Positions 1 through 10,980 are shown, counted from the first letter of the stretch. The stretch: DNA of 17,571 nt from Geosiphon pyriformis uo1 (GCA_016748015.1 JAAOMT010000498.1:1-17571), one strand, 5' to 3'. A program made the numbers and translations. The notes: generated by a model from the sequence alone, not told the origin.

Positions 1-2330
1 TTGGTTTATTTAAAGATATTTTTTATAGTTGGAATAGATATTTATATGTAGTCATTTCAGTTTTAACCTATATGAAAGGTAAATGATTTATTCGACTAAA
101 TTTGTTTGAATATGAATTTAGGAATCTGATGATTCATTTTTAACTAAAAAATAACTTACCCAACCTCATTTTAAAGTTGTCCATCTAATTAACTGGGAAT
201 TAGGACGTTATGATCGTAGATTATTTATTATTATTAATATTCTAATGATTTTTACAATTATTCCTCGGCTCGATGATGGCTATGGACGTTTAACACGCTG
301 GTATGTTAAAATAGGATAACCTGAGACTAAAAAAACTTAACTCCTATATCTCTAACTAAAGAATTAAATTTTAGGTGTGGTGGAAAAGAAGATCGATTTT
401 TGTATCTTATAGTAGATATATTCTCAACCCTGATTCCAATCTTTATCACATTATTATCTTTCATCGGGTTTTTAGTTTGCCTTTTTAAGAATCGACGTGA
501 ATTATCTGATCTACAATTAAATCATCGGCGAAGGAATTTAGAAAATATTATAACTAAAAAGATTACTTCTTATGTTTTAATATATTTAATTCAATGGGCA
601 AGTAGTTTCATTTAAAAAGACAACAATTTTTTAAAACAGTAATTAACATTGTTTTGTATAAATTTCTTCAAATATTTAGCTACCACTCGTTCTTTTTAAC
701 GTCCTCTTCAATACCTTTAAAGTTAAGTTTGGTTAATCTCAATTTTATTTATTGAGATAAGTTAAGTGAACTTGTTTTAAGATCAACTTTTTTAATTCTA
801 GATAACTTCTATTGGGATTTATTTTTTGCCGATCATAAGTAAGCATCTAACCCTTTCTTATAATTTCTCTTTATATAAAATTCTAATCAGTACTCTTAAT
901 TAAAAAAATAAAATAGGTATTAATTCTCGGGGTTGGGGAACCGCTTTCGCATATAGCTACAACGAACGTTTACTACATAGAGGACTTACATATGGTTTAT
1001 CAGTATTACCATCATCGCTAGGTTCGACAGCAGTTGAAGGTTCTCGAACGATGATAGTTTCCTTACCTCATCACCTTGAAACAAAGCATTATTCGAATGA
1101 TTTAACGATGAGTTTTCAGGATGCTTTTTCGAATTCTTCAACTATTAATTGGAAAAAAAATTCAGACTACATTTCTAGTAGCAATTGAAAGTGCTTTAAC
1201 AATATTGTATATTTTGATACAGAAGAAATATAAAGATATTTTTTTGCAAGAATTACTGTATTAAAAGTTTCTTAATATGTAGCAAATTATTTACTTATAA
1301 TGCCAAAACTATATATTTTAGTAAATTTAACTTCATAATGAATTTTTGCTATTCTTTTTAATTCAACGGATTGAGACAAATAAAAACAAATATAGGAGAT
1401 ATCGTTAATAGATTTAACTCTTTATAATGTTTAGCAATTATATTTCAAGCTATTGAACGCTCAAGTTTGTAGCTTAAATTACCAAATATTCTATAGCTAT
1501 ATGACTCAAAGCGAGAAACTTCTTAGCTTAGTCTTTTAATTAAAAGATTGGTACTTCACATAGGTTTATTAGCATATTAAATAAATTTTACTTTTACTTA
1601 TCTAATAATAAACTTATCAAAAACATTTGTTTTATGTTAAGGCATAATGAAAGTAATATATATAATATCGAAAATGTTCTGAAAGATGCCAAGCTTTTTT
1701 AGTATTATTTAAGAAAATAAATAAAAGATTTCGACTTTATCAAACTTGCTTGTTACCAAAAATTTAATAACATAAATAAATTGTCCCGAAATAGTAAAAT
1801 TTCAGCCTAAAACTGTCATAAATGAATGCTTTTAAAGATATAAATGATTCTTGATATATAAACAACAATTTAGTTCTATTCTATTTTTTGAAATATTTTA
1901 CATCTCTGATCAATATTGTAAAATATTAAATGCCTGGAGTTATTTAAATGAAACAGAAATTACATAATTATATCAAATAAAGTAAATCTGTTTCGCATTT
2001 AGCTTATTAATAAAAATATTATTCAATATACAAGATAATAGATTTAATATATGCAAAATAAAACCTTTAAATTTTGAGGAATTATCCAGTTCAACTATTT
2101 TTAAGTTTTAATAAGGTTGAAATTACTTTTTTGAAATTTTTCACTTTTTTCATTATAGGTCTTCATTTTTTCAGTAATTATTTTACAATAAAATCGATGT
2201 TAATAATATGTATTTCTAAATAAATGATAATTATATTTAAGTCTAAATTTAATTAATTTTGCTTTAAATCAATTACTTTTTATAATTATTAAGAAAATAT
2301 TTTTGCTGTTAAGATTTGAGTTTTTTTCAA
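1..2330 (+). repeat. Left arm of a long inverted segmental duplication (partner about 15510-17571)
   Basis: Manual comparison shows 1-363 is the exact reverse complement of 17209-17571, with first mismatches at 364 and 368. Exon 375-597 has 15 mismatches in 223 bp. Collinear but more diverged homology with indels continues, e.g. 1621-1810 vs about 16065-16260 and 2020-2330 vs about 15510-15840. It may extend weakly to about 2490/15385. Confidence 0.95.
29..1188 (+). CDS. 3' part (approximately TM3-TM7 plus C-tail) of a multi-exon 7TM GPCR-like membrane protein; the 5' end lies outside the window. Exons 29-78, 177-300, 375-597, 680-721, 802-838, 917-1188
   Basis: Splicing at GT/GC-AG sites gives one open frame: WNRYLYVVISVLTYMKVVHLINWELGRYDRRLFIIINILMIFTIIPRLDDGYGRLTRWCGGKEDRFLYLIVDIFSTLIPIFITLLSFIGFLVCLFKNRRELSDLQLNHRRRNLENIITKKITSYVLIYLIQWLPLVLFNVLFNTFKITSIGIYFLPIISINSRGWGTAFAYSYNERLLHRG...SSSN*. 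It has five hydrophobic segments, an ECL2-type 'WC', a basic loop before 'KKITSYVLIYLIQWLP' (TM6-like WxP) and a TM7-like 'INSxGW..A.AY..NE'. The family call is from memory of fungal GPCR-like proteins, not from a search. Confidence 0.8.
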
Positions 2331-2614
2331 GTACATTGCATTTAAAAGTATGTTTTCAAAAATTATAAACAAGTTGAAAAACTACCCCAAAGGATAGTGG
2401 AAATATTATTCCTAGCTTGAGCTTTTTATTTTAATATCATATATTTATTTTATCTATGGTGCAGAGAATTTATATTGTATTCAATTTGGTTTAATCTAAT
2501 TTAGCACTTCTCTCAGGTTGCACAAAATCGATGACTAAAATTTACAAAAACTCGGTCTGCTTTACTTCAAAAATGAATAATACATGTATATGCACAATAT
2601 TATTATGATATGTA

Positions 2615-2690
2615 CAGTAGGCACCAAAAGTAACGCCCGATTTACATGTGTAACAATATAAAAATCAGGCTTTACTTTTGGTGCCTACTG
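2615..2690. mobile_element. 76-bp MITE/hairpin with Tc1/mariner-pogo-type ends
   Basis: 29-bp TIRs at 2615-2643 (cagtaggcaccaaaagtaacgcccgattt) and 2662-2690, with 2 mismatches and an 18-bp spacer. TA flanks both sides (2613-2614, 2691-2692). CAGT...ACTG termini with a TA target duplication are typical of Tc1/mariner. Confidence 0.8.
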
Positions 2691-2839
2691 TACATGCGCA
2701 TGTATACTGATTAGATTTGTTGTTTAGTCATTTTATAAGCAGAAAATGAAATAAATCTCCACAAACTATTCAATATCATGTACTTTGCATGTGAATACCA
2801 AAGTTAAATTTTATAATAATATTCGATTCTAGTCTTTTT

Positions 2840-3700
2840 TGTAGGGTAGGCACTTATATGTGGTAACGGAGGGATTGTAATATATCAATAATAAACCATG
2901 TTAAGGCTCCATCAAGCAATACCCGGAGAAAAATTCTATGGGCGAAGATAATAAGTAAATTCATATTTATTGTATTTTTTTATTAAATTGTTTTTGAATG
3001 TTATCTATAGCTACAACAGATGATGCGTCACTTGAAAACAATGTTTATTGTGAATCTATCGAAGCTGTTAACAGTGACAAAAAAACTACTATTGACAAAA
3101 ATAATGACATATTACCTCTATTCTCAAAATTTTAATTAATTTTGAGGATAATATAAAAGCTTCAGAAAAGATAGAAATTTTTTTTGTAAATTTTCTATGG
3201 TACAAAGTATTCATATTTTGAGTGAGGTTTTAGATTAATCAATAATCACTGAAGAGAAAAAGAAGCTAATTCTGAATTTTTTGTGAAAAAGCTGTCAAAA
3301 CTCTTAAGCATTATATGAGAATTTGAAATCACATACTTAATGCCTAGATAGAAGGAAAACCAAATTATGTTACCAAGAAAAGTATTCAAATAGGTTTGAA
3401 AGTAGTTTTAAAATGGAGATTTGAATTACCTTTTTACCCCAATTTATTCAGAATATCTATTTTTGAATAAAGATTGTGGTGATATGAATGTTATTAGTTA
3501 GTTCATACCTACTTAGAAGTAATTAGGGCAATTAATGTTAAGAAGTTTTAATTCTTCTTAAAACAAGATAATCATATTAAAGACAAAAACATAATAGATT
3601 TTATAAATTTGGAAATATCCATAATTGAAAAGGCTACTTTAACGATGATTGGACCCAGAAAGAGTTAGTTGAACAACTCATTAAGTCTTCCACGAATTTT
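2840..3700 (+). pseudogene. Decayed coding-like relic of unknown identity
   Basis: Short protein-like stretches (ATTDDASLENNVYCESIEAVNSDKKTTIDKNNDILPLFSKF*; KGYFNDDWTQKELVEQLIKSS) are interrupted by many stops and frame changes. There is a possible intron at about 2955-3010. No family recognised. Confidence 0.3.
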
Positions 3701-4467
3701 TTTAAATTTTTTTAAAAATATAAAAGACCAAAACACAGACAAGTTTGTGATGACTTGAGAAGATAGTATGTTAATATATTTTCAAGAAATATTTGATAGA
3801 CATATAAAAGACATTTTTCTTTATTGATTCTTTTGTTATTTGTCAAGAGTAAATCAGAAAGATCTTTGTAATGCTGACTTCAATAATCATAATGAAAGCC
3901 AAGATTTTACTTTAAAATTTTTTTGATCTTATAATACTACAACACAAACTCCAACTGCTGTCTTGAATACTCTTGCGAATTCAGAGCCATGGGGCAGAAT
4001 AATATTCAGAAGCATGTACAAACAAAGTTAGATTAATTATAAGAAAATATCTTTTTTTATTTGATTTACTTTGCTTTGCTCAAAATTTTCTTAAATTATT
4101 CTGAGTAATTAATTATGATAATAAATACACTTTTCAATTAATTCTTCTAAACATTTACAGCAATTTTCATTCTGCTCTGTTCTATATTACAATAGCTAAT
4201 ACTACTAGGAAATTCAATAAAAATGATTTGTTTTCTGCATTTTGAATTTTTCTTAATAAATTCCTTGGTGTAAAAAATTGAATAACTTAATTTCTTTGTT
4301 ATGCTTAAATTTAGCAGTTTAAACATAATCTTTTCATTTTTTTTTTATTAACACAATTTTTCAATTTTTGTTACAAAGCCTCTATAAATTTCAAACAGTA
4401 AATTATCTCAAAAAATTTCTCTCTTTTTTATAAATTTTTACTCTTTTTTTCTTCTAAAAATGTTAAT

Positions 4468-4572
4468 TTTACTATTATTACTATTGTTACTCCTATCACC
4501 ACTACTATTATTATCATTATTGTTATTACCACTACCATTACTATCATTATCATTACTATTATCAATATTACT
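4468..4572. repeat. Degenerate trinucleotide low-complexity tract (ACT/ATT/ATC/ACC)n
   Basis: Visible 3-nt periodicity. The minus strand reads SNIDNSNDNDSNGSGNNNNDNNSSGDRSNNSNNS. It explains the spurious poly-L and poly-I/V ORFs at 4460-4645 and 4428-4640. Confidence 0.75.
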
Positions 4573-5336
4573 AAACAAAAAAAGAACTTTAAACAATAAA
4601 AGCAGCTTTTTAAGACCCTATTGGAATGAACAAGTTGCAAAATAGTCTTAAAAATTGTGGTTTCTCACTATAACTAATACTGTTACTTCAACTTTTTTTA
4701 ACATATTTAGTTTTTTAATTTGGTAAAATTCATGGTTTTCATCAACAAATCAACTTTTAATAAATATGAATTGGCCACGAATATTCTTGTCATCAACAAT
4801 AGAATGCAAAAATGATAAACAAAATACAATTGAAAACATAGAAACTAAAAAGCAATAATACATTATTTTTTTTGTTCTCATAAAGCATTACATTAAACTA
4901 TTACAATTTGTGCCTAAATTTTTTTGAAATAACTTTTTTGTTACTTTTCTTCACACTTTATCAATATATCAATATTCACATTGATACAAGTCTATTTCTA
5001 GTTCAAATAATAATGAACATTCATTATAGTCTTTACATTTTGAAACAAAGTGCAAAAACAACAAATGACCCTTTACATACAAAATTACATGTGATAGCCA
5101 ACTTACTTGTTTTCAGAAAACTAATGAGTGAAAGTTTGCCAGGGTTTATTAAATAGAAAAACAAGTCCACAAAACCCAAGTGAATAGGTTTATTCATGCA
5201 GTATCCATTGATCCTGGCATTCATACATCTTTTACATGATATTTTCTTATTAAAAGAATAGGTAAAATTGGTCAACATGATATTGAACATATTATTTGTA
5301 TTTGCATCTACATGAAAAATTTAATAAAAAAAAAAC

Positions 5337-5745
5337 AAGTTAATACAATCAACTTCTAAACGCAAAAAGAATAAAGCTAAAAGGCTTGATAAAGTAATAG
5401 CATGTACGCAACAAAAAATTAAATACTTGCAAAATGAAATTCACAGAAAAGCTATTGTCTTTTTTCACCCATGAATTCGACGCTATCATCATTCTGCTAT
5501 TCGAGGTATCTAACATGGTGAATCGAAAAACGAGAAAAATTACACGAAAATCGGTCCGAAAAATGCTTGGCTGGGCACATTATCGATTTCGACAACGTTT
5601 AATAGCCAAAGCAGAGGAATTAGGAATTCATGTTATTATCCAAAATGAAACTTATACGTCCAGGACTTTTAGTTAGTTTGGAAACATCCAAAACATCGGA
5701 GGATCTGCGATATATAAATGCCGAAATTTTCTCTGTAATGCTTAA
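5337..5745 (+). pseudogene. Fanzor2/IS607-TnpB-like RNA-guided nuclease fragment (bridge helix, RuvC-II region and zinc finger), inactivated
   Basis: Joining two frames across the T-run at 5460-5465 gives KLIQSTSKRKKNKAKRLDKVIACTQQKIKYLQNEIHRKAIVF/FTHEFDAIIILLFEVSNMVNRKTRKITRKSVRKMLGWAHYRFRQRLIAKAEELGIHVIIQNETYTSRTFS*FGNIQNIGGSAIYKCRN. This matches the remembered Fanzor2/IS607 pattern 'I.nL..E.H.K...fL...yD.I.lP.Fe.s.M....rkl.....r.Ml.wsHY.F.qrL..Ka...g..V....E.YTSktCs.CG.i...lGgs..ykC..C'. It has a frameshift and an in-frame TAG (5674-5676), and it lacks RuvC-I and the RuvC-III DRD motif. Confidence 0.85.
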
Positions 5746-7063
5746 CATTGTTTATTATTGATATATTACAATCCATCCAAGGTAATGTAACTAGTTGAAA
5801 AATCAAGTTAAATCAAGTCATCTGAAAAAATATACACAAACCATTAACCCTGATACACATTTAGTTTTTACTGCTGTAAATGTGAAAGATGTTTACAATT
5901 GCTTGAAAACTTCTAAAAGTGTTAAAAAAAAGATCACCACACGTGGTTTAGGGATCGTATTCAAAAACCTTTTTTGAAATTAATTGTTTCTTTTTCCTTT
6001 GTTTCTCCTAAAAATCTTCATGATAATAAATAAAATATTTAACCATAATGCAAATACATCATTTTTGAATTAAAATTGTTCAAGAATTGAACACATGTTC
6101 ACAGAAACAATGTCATTTAAGCTGTGTTATGGTGTGATAATTTTAATATAATTTTTTTGGTATGAAAGGGTTTCATACATTTTTACCATACACAAAATAA
6201 TGTTATTTCAAAGCTTTGATTGGATTACAAAGGAATCAAACATAGACATAATACGTGTGGTAAATCATGATGACCAAGTGCACATGGTCTAACAAATACT
6301 GGTAATTTCATCTTCATAAATAACATAAAGGTCATTCTTTGAAAATTAAGGGATCACCATCATTCATCATGGAAATGGAATCACAAGTCGTGATTAATGT
6401 CCACCAATAATATTACCGCAGCAACACAAACACAATTCTCTCATTCTCATTCTTATTCTCTGTGCTTAATTGTCAAACGAAAGAATCCAAAAGTGCCTAC
6501 AGATTATGCCACAGCAACTCATTTTCGGACATTATATTGTGCCATAGCTATTATAGGCTAAATTAAAATTAACTTAGTATTGAATAGTAGGAATGATATC
6601 ACACCAATTAAACCAGGGGCTGCTGCTGATTGGAAAAATAATCCGCAGGTCACAACGTCCGAAGTTGGCTCCGTTACCCCGAATTTTTGCTGATAAAATT
6701 TTTTATTTGGATATTATGATTTGATTTATAGTATATATAAATATTCAAGTTTAATAATTGTTTCGCCAGCATGCCTTGTTTGCCTATTGCATGACGCAGG
6801 AGTCCCTATATTGAATATATTGACTCGGTTGCCTAACCCGGCCTTTTTTGGTTCATTGCCCTTTTTGTTCTCTTTTGATAAAGATTTTTCTCTGTTCTAG
6901 ACAAACAAATGACCCTGGGCAAAATCAAAAAAAAATCATATTTATTTTCGTCAGTTAATTTAACTTGACAACTGATTTTTACTCTCTCTGTTCTCTTGCT
7001 TGTGAAAACTTTCACACACACAACTACCAAATTGATTAATTTATTTTAAGATTCAACCTCAAA

Positions 7064-8316
7064 ATGTCCAAGGTAAAAAGATTAAGTGGAATTATACGAA
7101 AAAGTTGGTATGGTGGGATTGGACTAACTTCACCAACCACCACTGAATCGTCAAAATCTTTTCAACAACGAAGGCCAAAAACAGTCCTCGTTTCAGATAT
7201 TCTTAAAGAAATATTTGCGTTTGTTGCTCAACCAAATCAACAACCTTTTGGAAACTTGGACCGAAAAACATATCAAACTTTATATTCATGCCTTCTAGTA
7301 AACCGACAATGGTGTCAAGATGCCGTACAAGTTTTATGGCGTCAACCATTCTATAGTAATAGACCAGAATCACAAATTATGATGATGGATATTTTGCTTG
7401 ATGCCTTGAACCCCAAGCTACAACAAGCTCTTCGAAGCAAAATTCCTATTCGTCGCCTCGCGGCGAAACCAGCTTTCGATTATGCCTATTTCATTAAACA
7501 AATCGATTTTGAAATGTTCATTGAGATGGTTAGAACCTGGTCTTCTAGATGTCGACCTTCTATTGATAGCTTCATGGTGGCAAAGACTCTACTCAAATTT
7601 TTATTTAGCTATTCGCCTGGCATTGAGCGTCTTCGGCTCTCCTGTTTCCAGGGTAATGCGGAAACTGCTCGCTATTATGAGATTTTAATGGAGCCAGAGC
7701 TTCATGCCAGTCTGCTTCAACTTCGTTATCTGGAAATCGCCGGACACTTTTACAACGACTTTAACGTCCTCGCGGGATTATCAATAAGTTGCAAGAACGT
7801 GGTAAGTTTTTGTTGTGATCTACAAGGCACATCCTAAATTTATTCTCCGATTGTTTGTTAATCAAATTAATGATCCTCCATTAGGAATATTTACATCTTG
7901 GCAACTGGTGTCTCGATTCATGGTGTAGAAGCCCTGAAGCATTGAACGAAGATGTTACCACTCTCTTCCGAGGCTTTAAAAAGGTTGAACTCCTTGAAAT
8001 CGACAGTAACGAATCGTTCATTCCAATCCCATCATGTATCATTGATTCCCTTACTCATATCTCAAACTCTCTGAGGCATATAAGATTTAGATGTATAGAT
8101 TTTTCCTCCAAAACTTTACCCCTTCTTGGCCTTGCCAGCTGTAGGAAATTAGAAATTCTTGACTTTATAGATTGTGACCAGGTAGGTGCACAAATTCTGA
8201 CACCATTAAATGCCGAGTCACTGCCCAATCTGAGTAAGGTTAGGGTTGATGGGTGTACGGAACGTGAAGCCAAATTCTGGGATTGGGTTGAAGTGGTTAA
8301 TGGTCGTCGACGATAG
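7064..8316 (+). CDS. F-box-like/LRR (RNI-like) protein, 389 aa; exons 7064-7801 and 7885-8316
   Basis: The intron 7802-7884 (GTAAGT...TTAG) joins the ORFs 7064-7837 and 7942-8316 in frame (..SCKNV|EYLHLGNW..). There is an F-box-like motif 'LVSDILKEIFAFV...LYSCLLVNRQWCQDAVQVLWRQPF' and 'FDYAYFIKQIDF'. Repeated LxxLxL units follow (IERLRL, LRYLEI, VELLEI, LRHIRF, LEILDF, LSKVRV). GC content is higher than in the flanks. Confidence 0.88.
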
Positions 8317-9185
8317 ATTTTTATGATATTCCTTAAAACTTTTAAAACTTCCTTCTCTCCCATAATGTAAATTCATGATAAAGATTCTTAATAGCAGATT
8401 TTAAAACCAATAATTTCTCTTAAAGTAAATACCCAAAAAATAAATTAACTGTAAAATTTTAATGCATAAAAAACTGCGATGCATCTTCCATTCTCAATCA
8501 AAATGATAATCAATGTTTTGACTGAATATTTGACGAAAATAGAAAGCTATTGAGTGGTCAAAATGTTCCGAGTTTTAAAATTATTCCGTATTTAAAAAGG
8601 TCAGAAATTTCTACATGTGAATACAGTTTATTTTTAGTGTTACGAGTTCTTGTCAAACCATGTCAGCAAATCATGAAGCATTAGGATTTTACGCCAATTT
8701 AAAAAATCGATCGTAGGGACATGACTGGTAACACCTTGTGATTAAGTGAACAGGATGTAAATATACTGTACTACAGGGTTCTTCAAATAAAACAACCCCG
8801 TTTTTTCAAGGGGCAATAATATTTAATTGTCAAAAAAAAAATCCAAAGCCAAAAAATATTGATATTTCCTCAAATTGAAACCATGAGAGAATACTACCTT
8901 CTGAAATTTTGCCATATAGCTACCATTTCTAATAAGATTTCTATTTGTTTTTTATCTTCCCAAGTTTTATTGATTGGAAGGCTTATAATACAGAGAATTT
9001 GTTCCTGAAAGAAATTCTTCAAAATAATCAAAAAAGATCTGAATGTGAATGTATGTAACTATAAATCATTGTAATAAGTTGAACCACTGGCTGTGATTTG
9101 TGTTACATTCTTAAAGGGATCAATTTAAAAAGATAAGAAACTCTAAAGATTTTTCATATAAACCTTAGCTTTATTAGTAATCTTT

Positions 9186-9187
<2 letters not shown>

Positions 9188-9223
<36 letters not shown>
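9188..9223. repeat. (TAA)12 microsatellite
   Basis: Read directly from the sequence. Confidence 0.95.
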
Positions 9224-9225
<2 letters not shown>

Positions 9226-9567
9226 GTAAATAATCTGATTAATATTAAAGTTCACTAAAATACAAAGTTCATTCTGATCATACGAACATCAAATCCCAGT
9301 TCATAATTTATTTTTTGAATTCTGACAAATAAACTGAGAAAACTAAATATTTGACTCAAAAAAAAATTAAAAATAGCTCGTTTAAAACTCAAAGATTATT
9401 TCCCAAGAAACTTGAGAAAACATTTTTAAATTTAAATATAAACATATTAAAATAAAAAACATTTAATGTGTTTTCTTTTGAATGCCAAAGATGCAAATAA
9501 AATTATTTTTCTTGATAACGTTTTGAATAAAGGTATTATAAATAACAAAATCTAAATAAACATATAT

Positions 9568-9569
9568 AT

Positions 9570-9600
<31 letters not shown>

Positions 9601-9603
9601 TTT
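9568..9603. repeat. (ATTT)9 microsatellite
   Basis: Read directly from the sequence. Confidence 0.95.
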
Positions 9604-10980
9604 TAAATTTTCTTGAATTTCAATTTTATGTTTGAACAAAGATTAAGACTTTTTTTGTTTTATCATGAAATGTTTTTTAATTCTTAATATGAGAAACAGT
9701 ATGTTAAAGATTAAATTATTATTTTTTTTTAAAAAAAAAAACGTATTCAAACACGTAAATAATTTAAAACATGATATCGGTCATAAAAGCTTTTCATGTG
9801 TATTTTTTAACTAAATATTTTTGATAGTTGTTTTGACAATTTTTGTATATAAAATATACATTTTAGTTAATATAAAGTTGTTTATAAATTTAATTTTGAT
9901 CTCCATGTGCTGTTTCTGGTTTTATAGAAAATCTTTTAGATCACACAACTCTCAAGATTTTGTTTAAAAGCCCTATTTTTTTTTTTCATAACAAGCATTT
10001 TTAAAAAATAGTTTGAAACTGTGGAAGCCTCGAAACTCTAATTCTTTACTTAAAAGGCTAAATATTCTACCAACTTACTTAAAAGAACTTATTTTCTTAA
10101 ACTTTTTTCCAGTTTATTTTCATAAATAGTTCTTCTAAGTAGTAAACTCCTTTAATATCGGTGCAAGCAAATTTTATTATTTAACTACTAATACTTGGAA
10201 ATAATTTTTTCTTCGGTCTTTTTATGCTTAAGAAAATAATTTATTAAATCAAATTTTTTGAACAGAAATCTTGTACAAAATAAATTGGTTCTTTTAATTT
10301 ATATATTATAATAGGTGTTAATGGTAACAAAATTTTAAATGTTCACAGATTTATGTTGCAAGCTTTTTAAAAGAAATATATTTATTTTCAAAGCAATTAT
10401 TCTTTGTTCATATTCGAATAAAGTTTTTCCTTTATAAAAATTCTTTAAAAGAAATGATTGAATTTATAAATTTTTAGTAAAATAAGCTATTCAGCTATCT
10501 GTAAATTATTAACTAAAATCTAAATCTAAAATGAACATGGGTCATGATTAAAGATGACATTTTCAACATTTCTAACCCAATTACAATTCAAAGAAAAAAA
10601 TTAATTTCAAACGGTTGTAGTACTATTTTTAGCCATAATAATTTCATTACAGTTTTTCTAATCAAGTTTTCATTCAACTCATATTTTTGTCTTAGAGTTA
10701 AGCTCTTTTCTTTCGTTGAGATATTCCAGGATTCAAATATCAAAATCTCAATCGATTTATTCTTTTTTTCAATAGACCGGCTATTCAACAATTAGAGATG
10801 AAAAAAAATTACAAGTGTTATTTAAAGTGAGAATTTTTTTAGCCATTCTAATTCTATTCTTTTTCTTATGAAAAATTTACATTTCAATCCACTGCAAACA
10901 GAATTTCTTTCGAATCACAAATTGGTGTATTAAGATATTAATTTATTCATTTGATTCATAAAAATGTGATTCAAAAATAT

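Noticed and set aside
4428-4645. ORFs 4428-4640 (-) and 4460-4645 (+) as membrane proteins
   Set aside because: The hydrophobic runs are by-products of a trinucleotide low-complexity tract.
4908-5290. ORFs 4908-5156 (+) and 5033-5290 (-) as genes
   Set aside because: They are short and overlapping with no recognisable motif, and at most are part of a decayed relic.
5795-5977. ORF directly downstream of the Fanzor fragment as its continuation or omega-RNA
   Set aside because: It has no DRD/RuvC-III motif, starts at TTG, and I could not support any hairpin scaffold by eye.
6833-8363. ORFs 6833-7030 (-), 7482-7688 (+, alternative frame) and 8055-8363 (-)
   Set aside because: These are shadow or antisense frames of the F-box/LRR gene and its 5' UTR.
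8772-8815. TA|CAGGGTTCTTCAAATAAAACAACCCCG as a Tc1/mariner-like TIR at the edge of the AT-rich block
   Set aside because: It looks like a transposon end, but I could not find a matching inverted partner in the window, so it is not called as an element.
10544-10795. ORFs 10544-10795 (+) and 10588-10791 (-)
   Set aside because: They lie in AT-rich decayed repeat-like DNA and have no recognisable motif.
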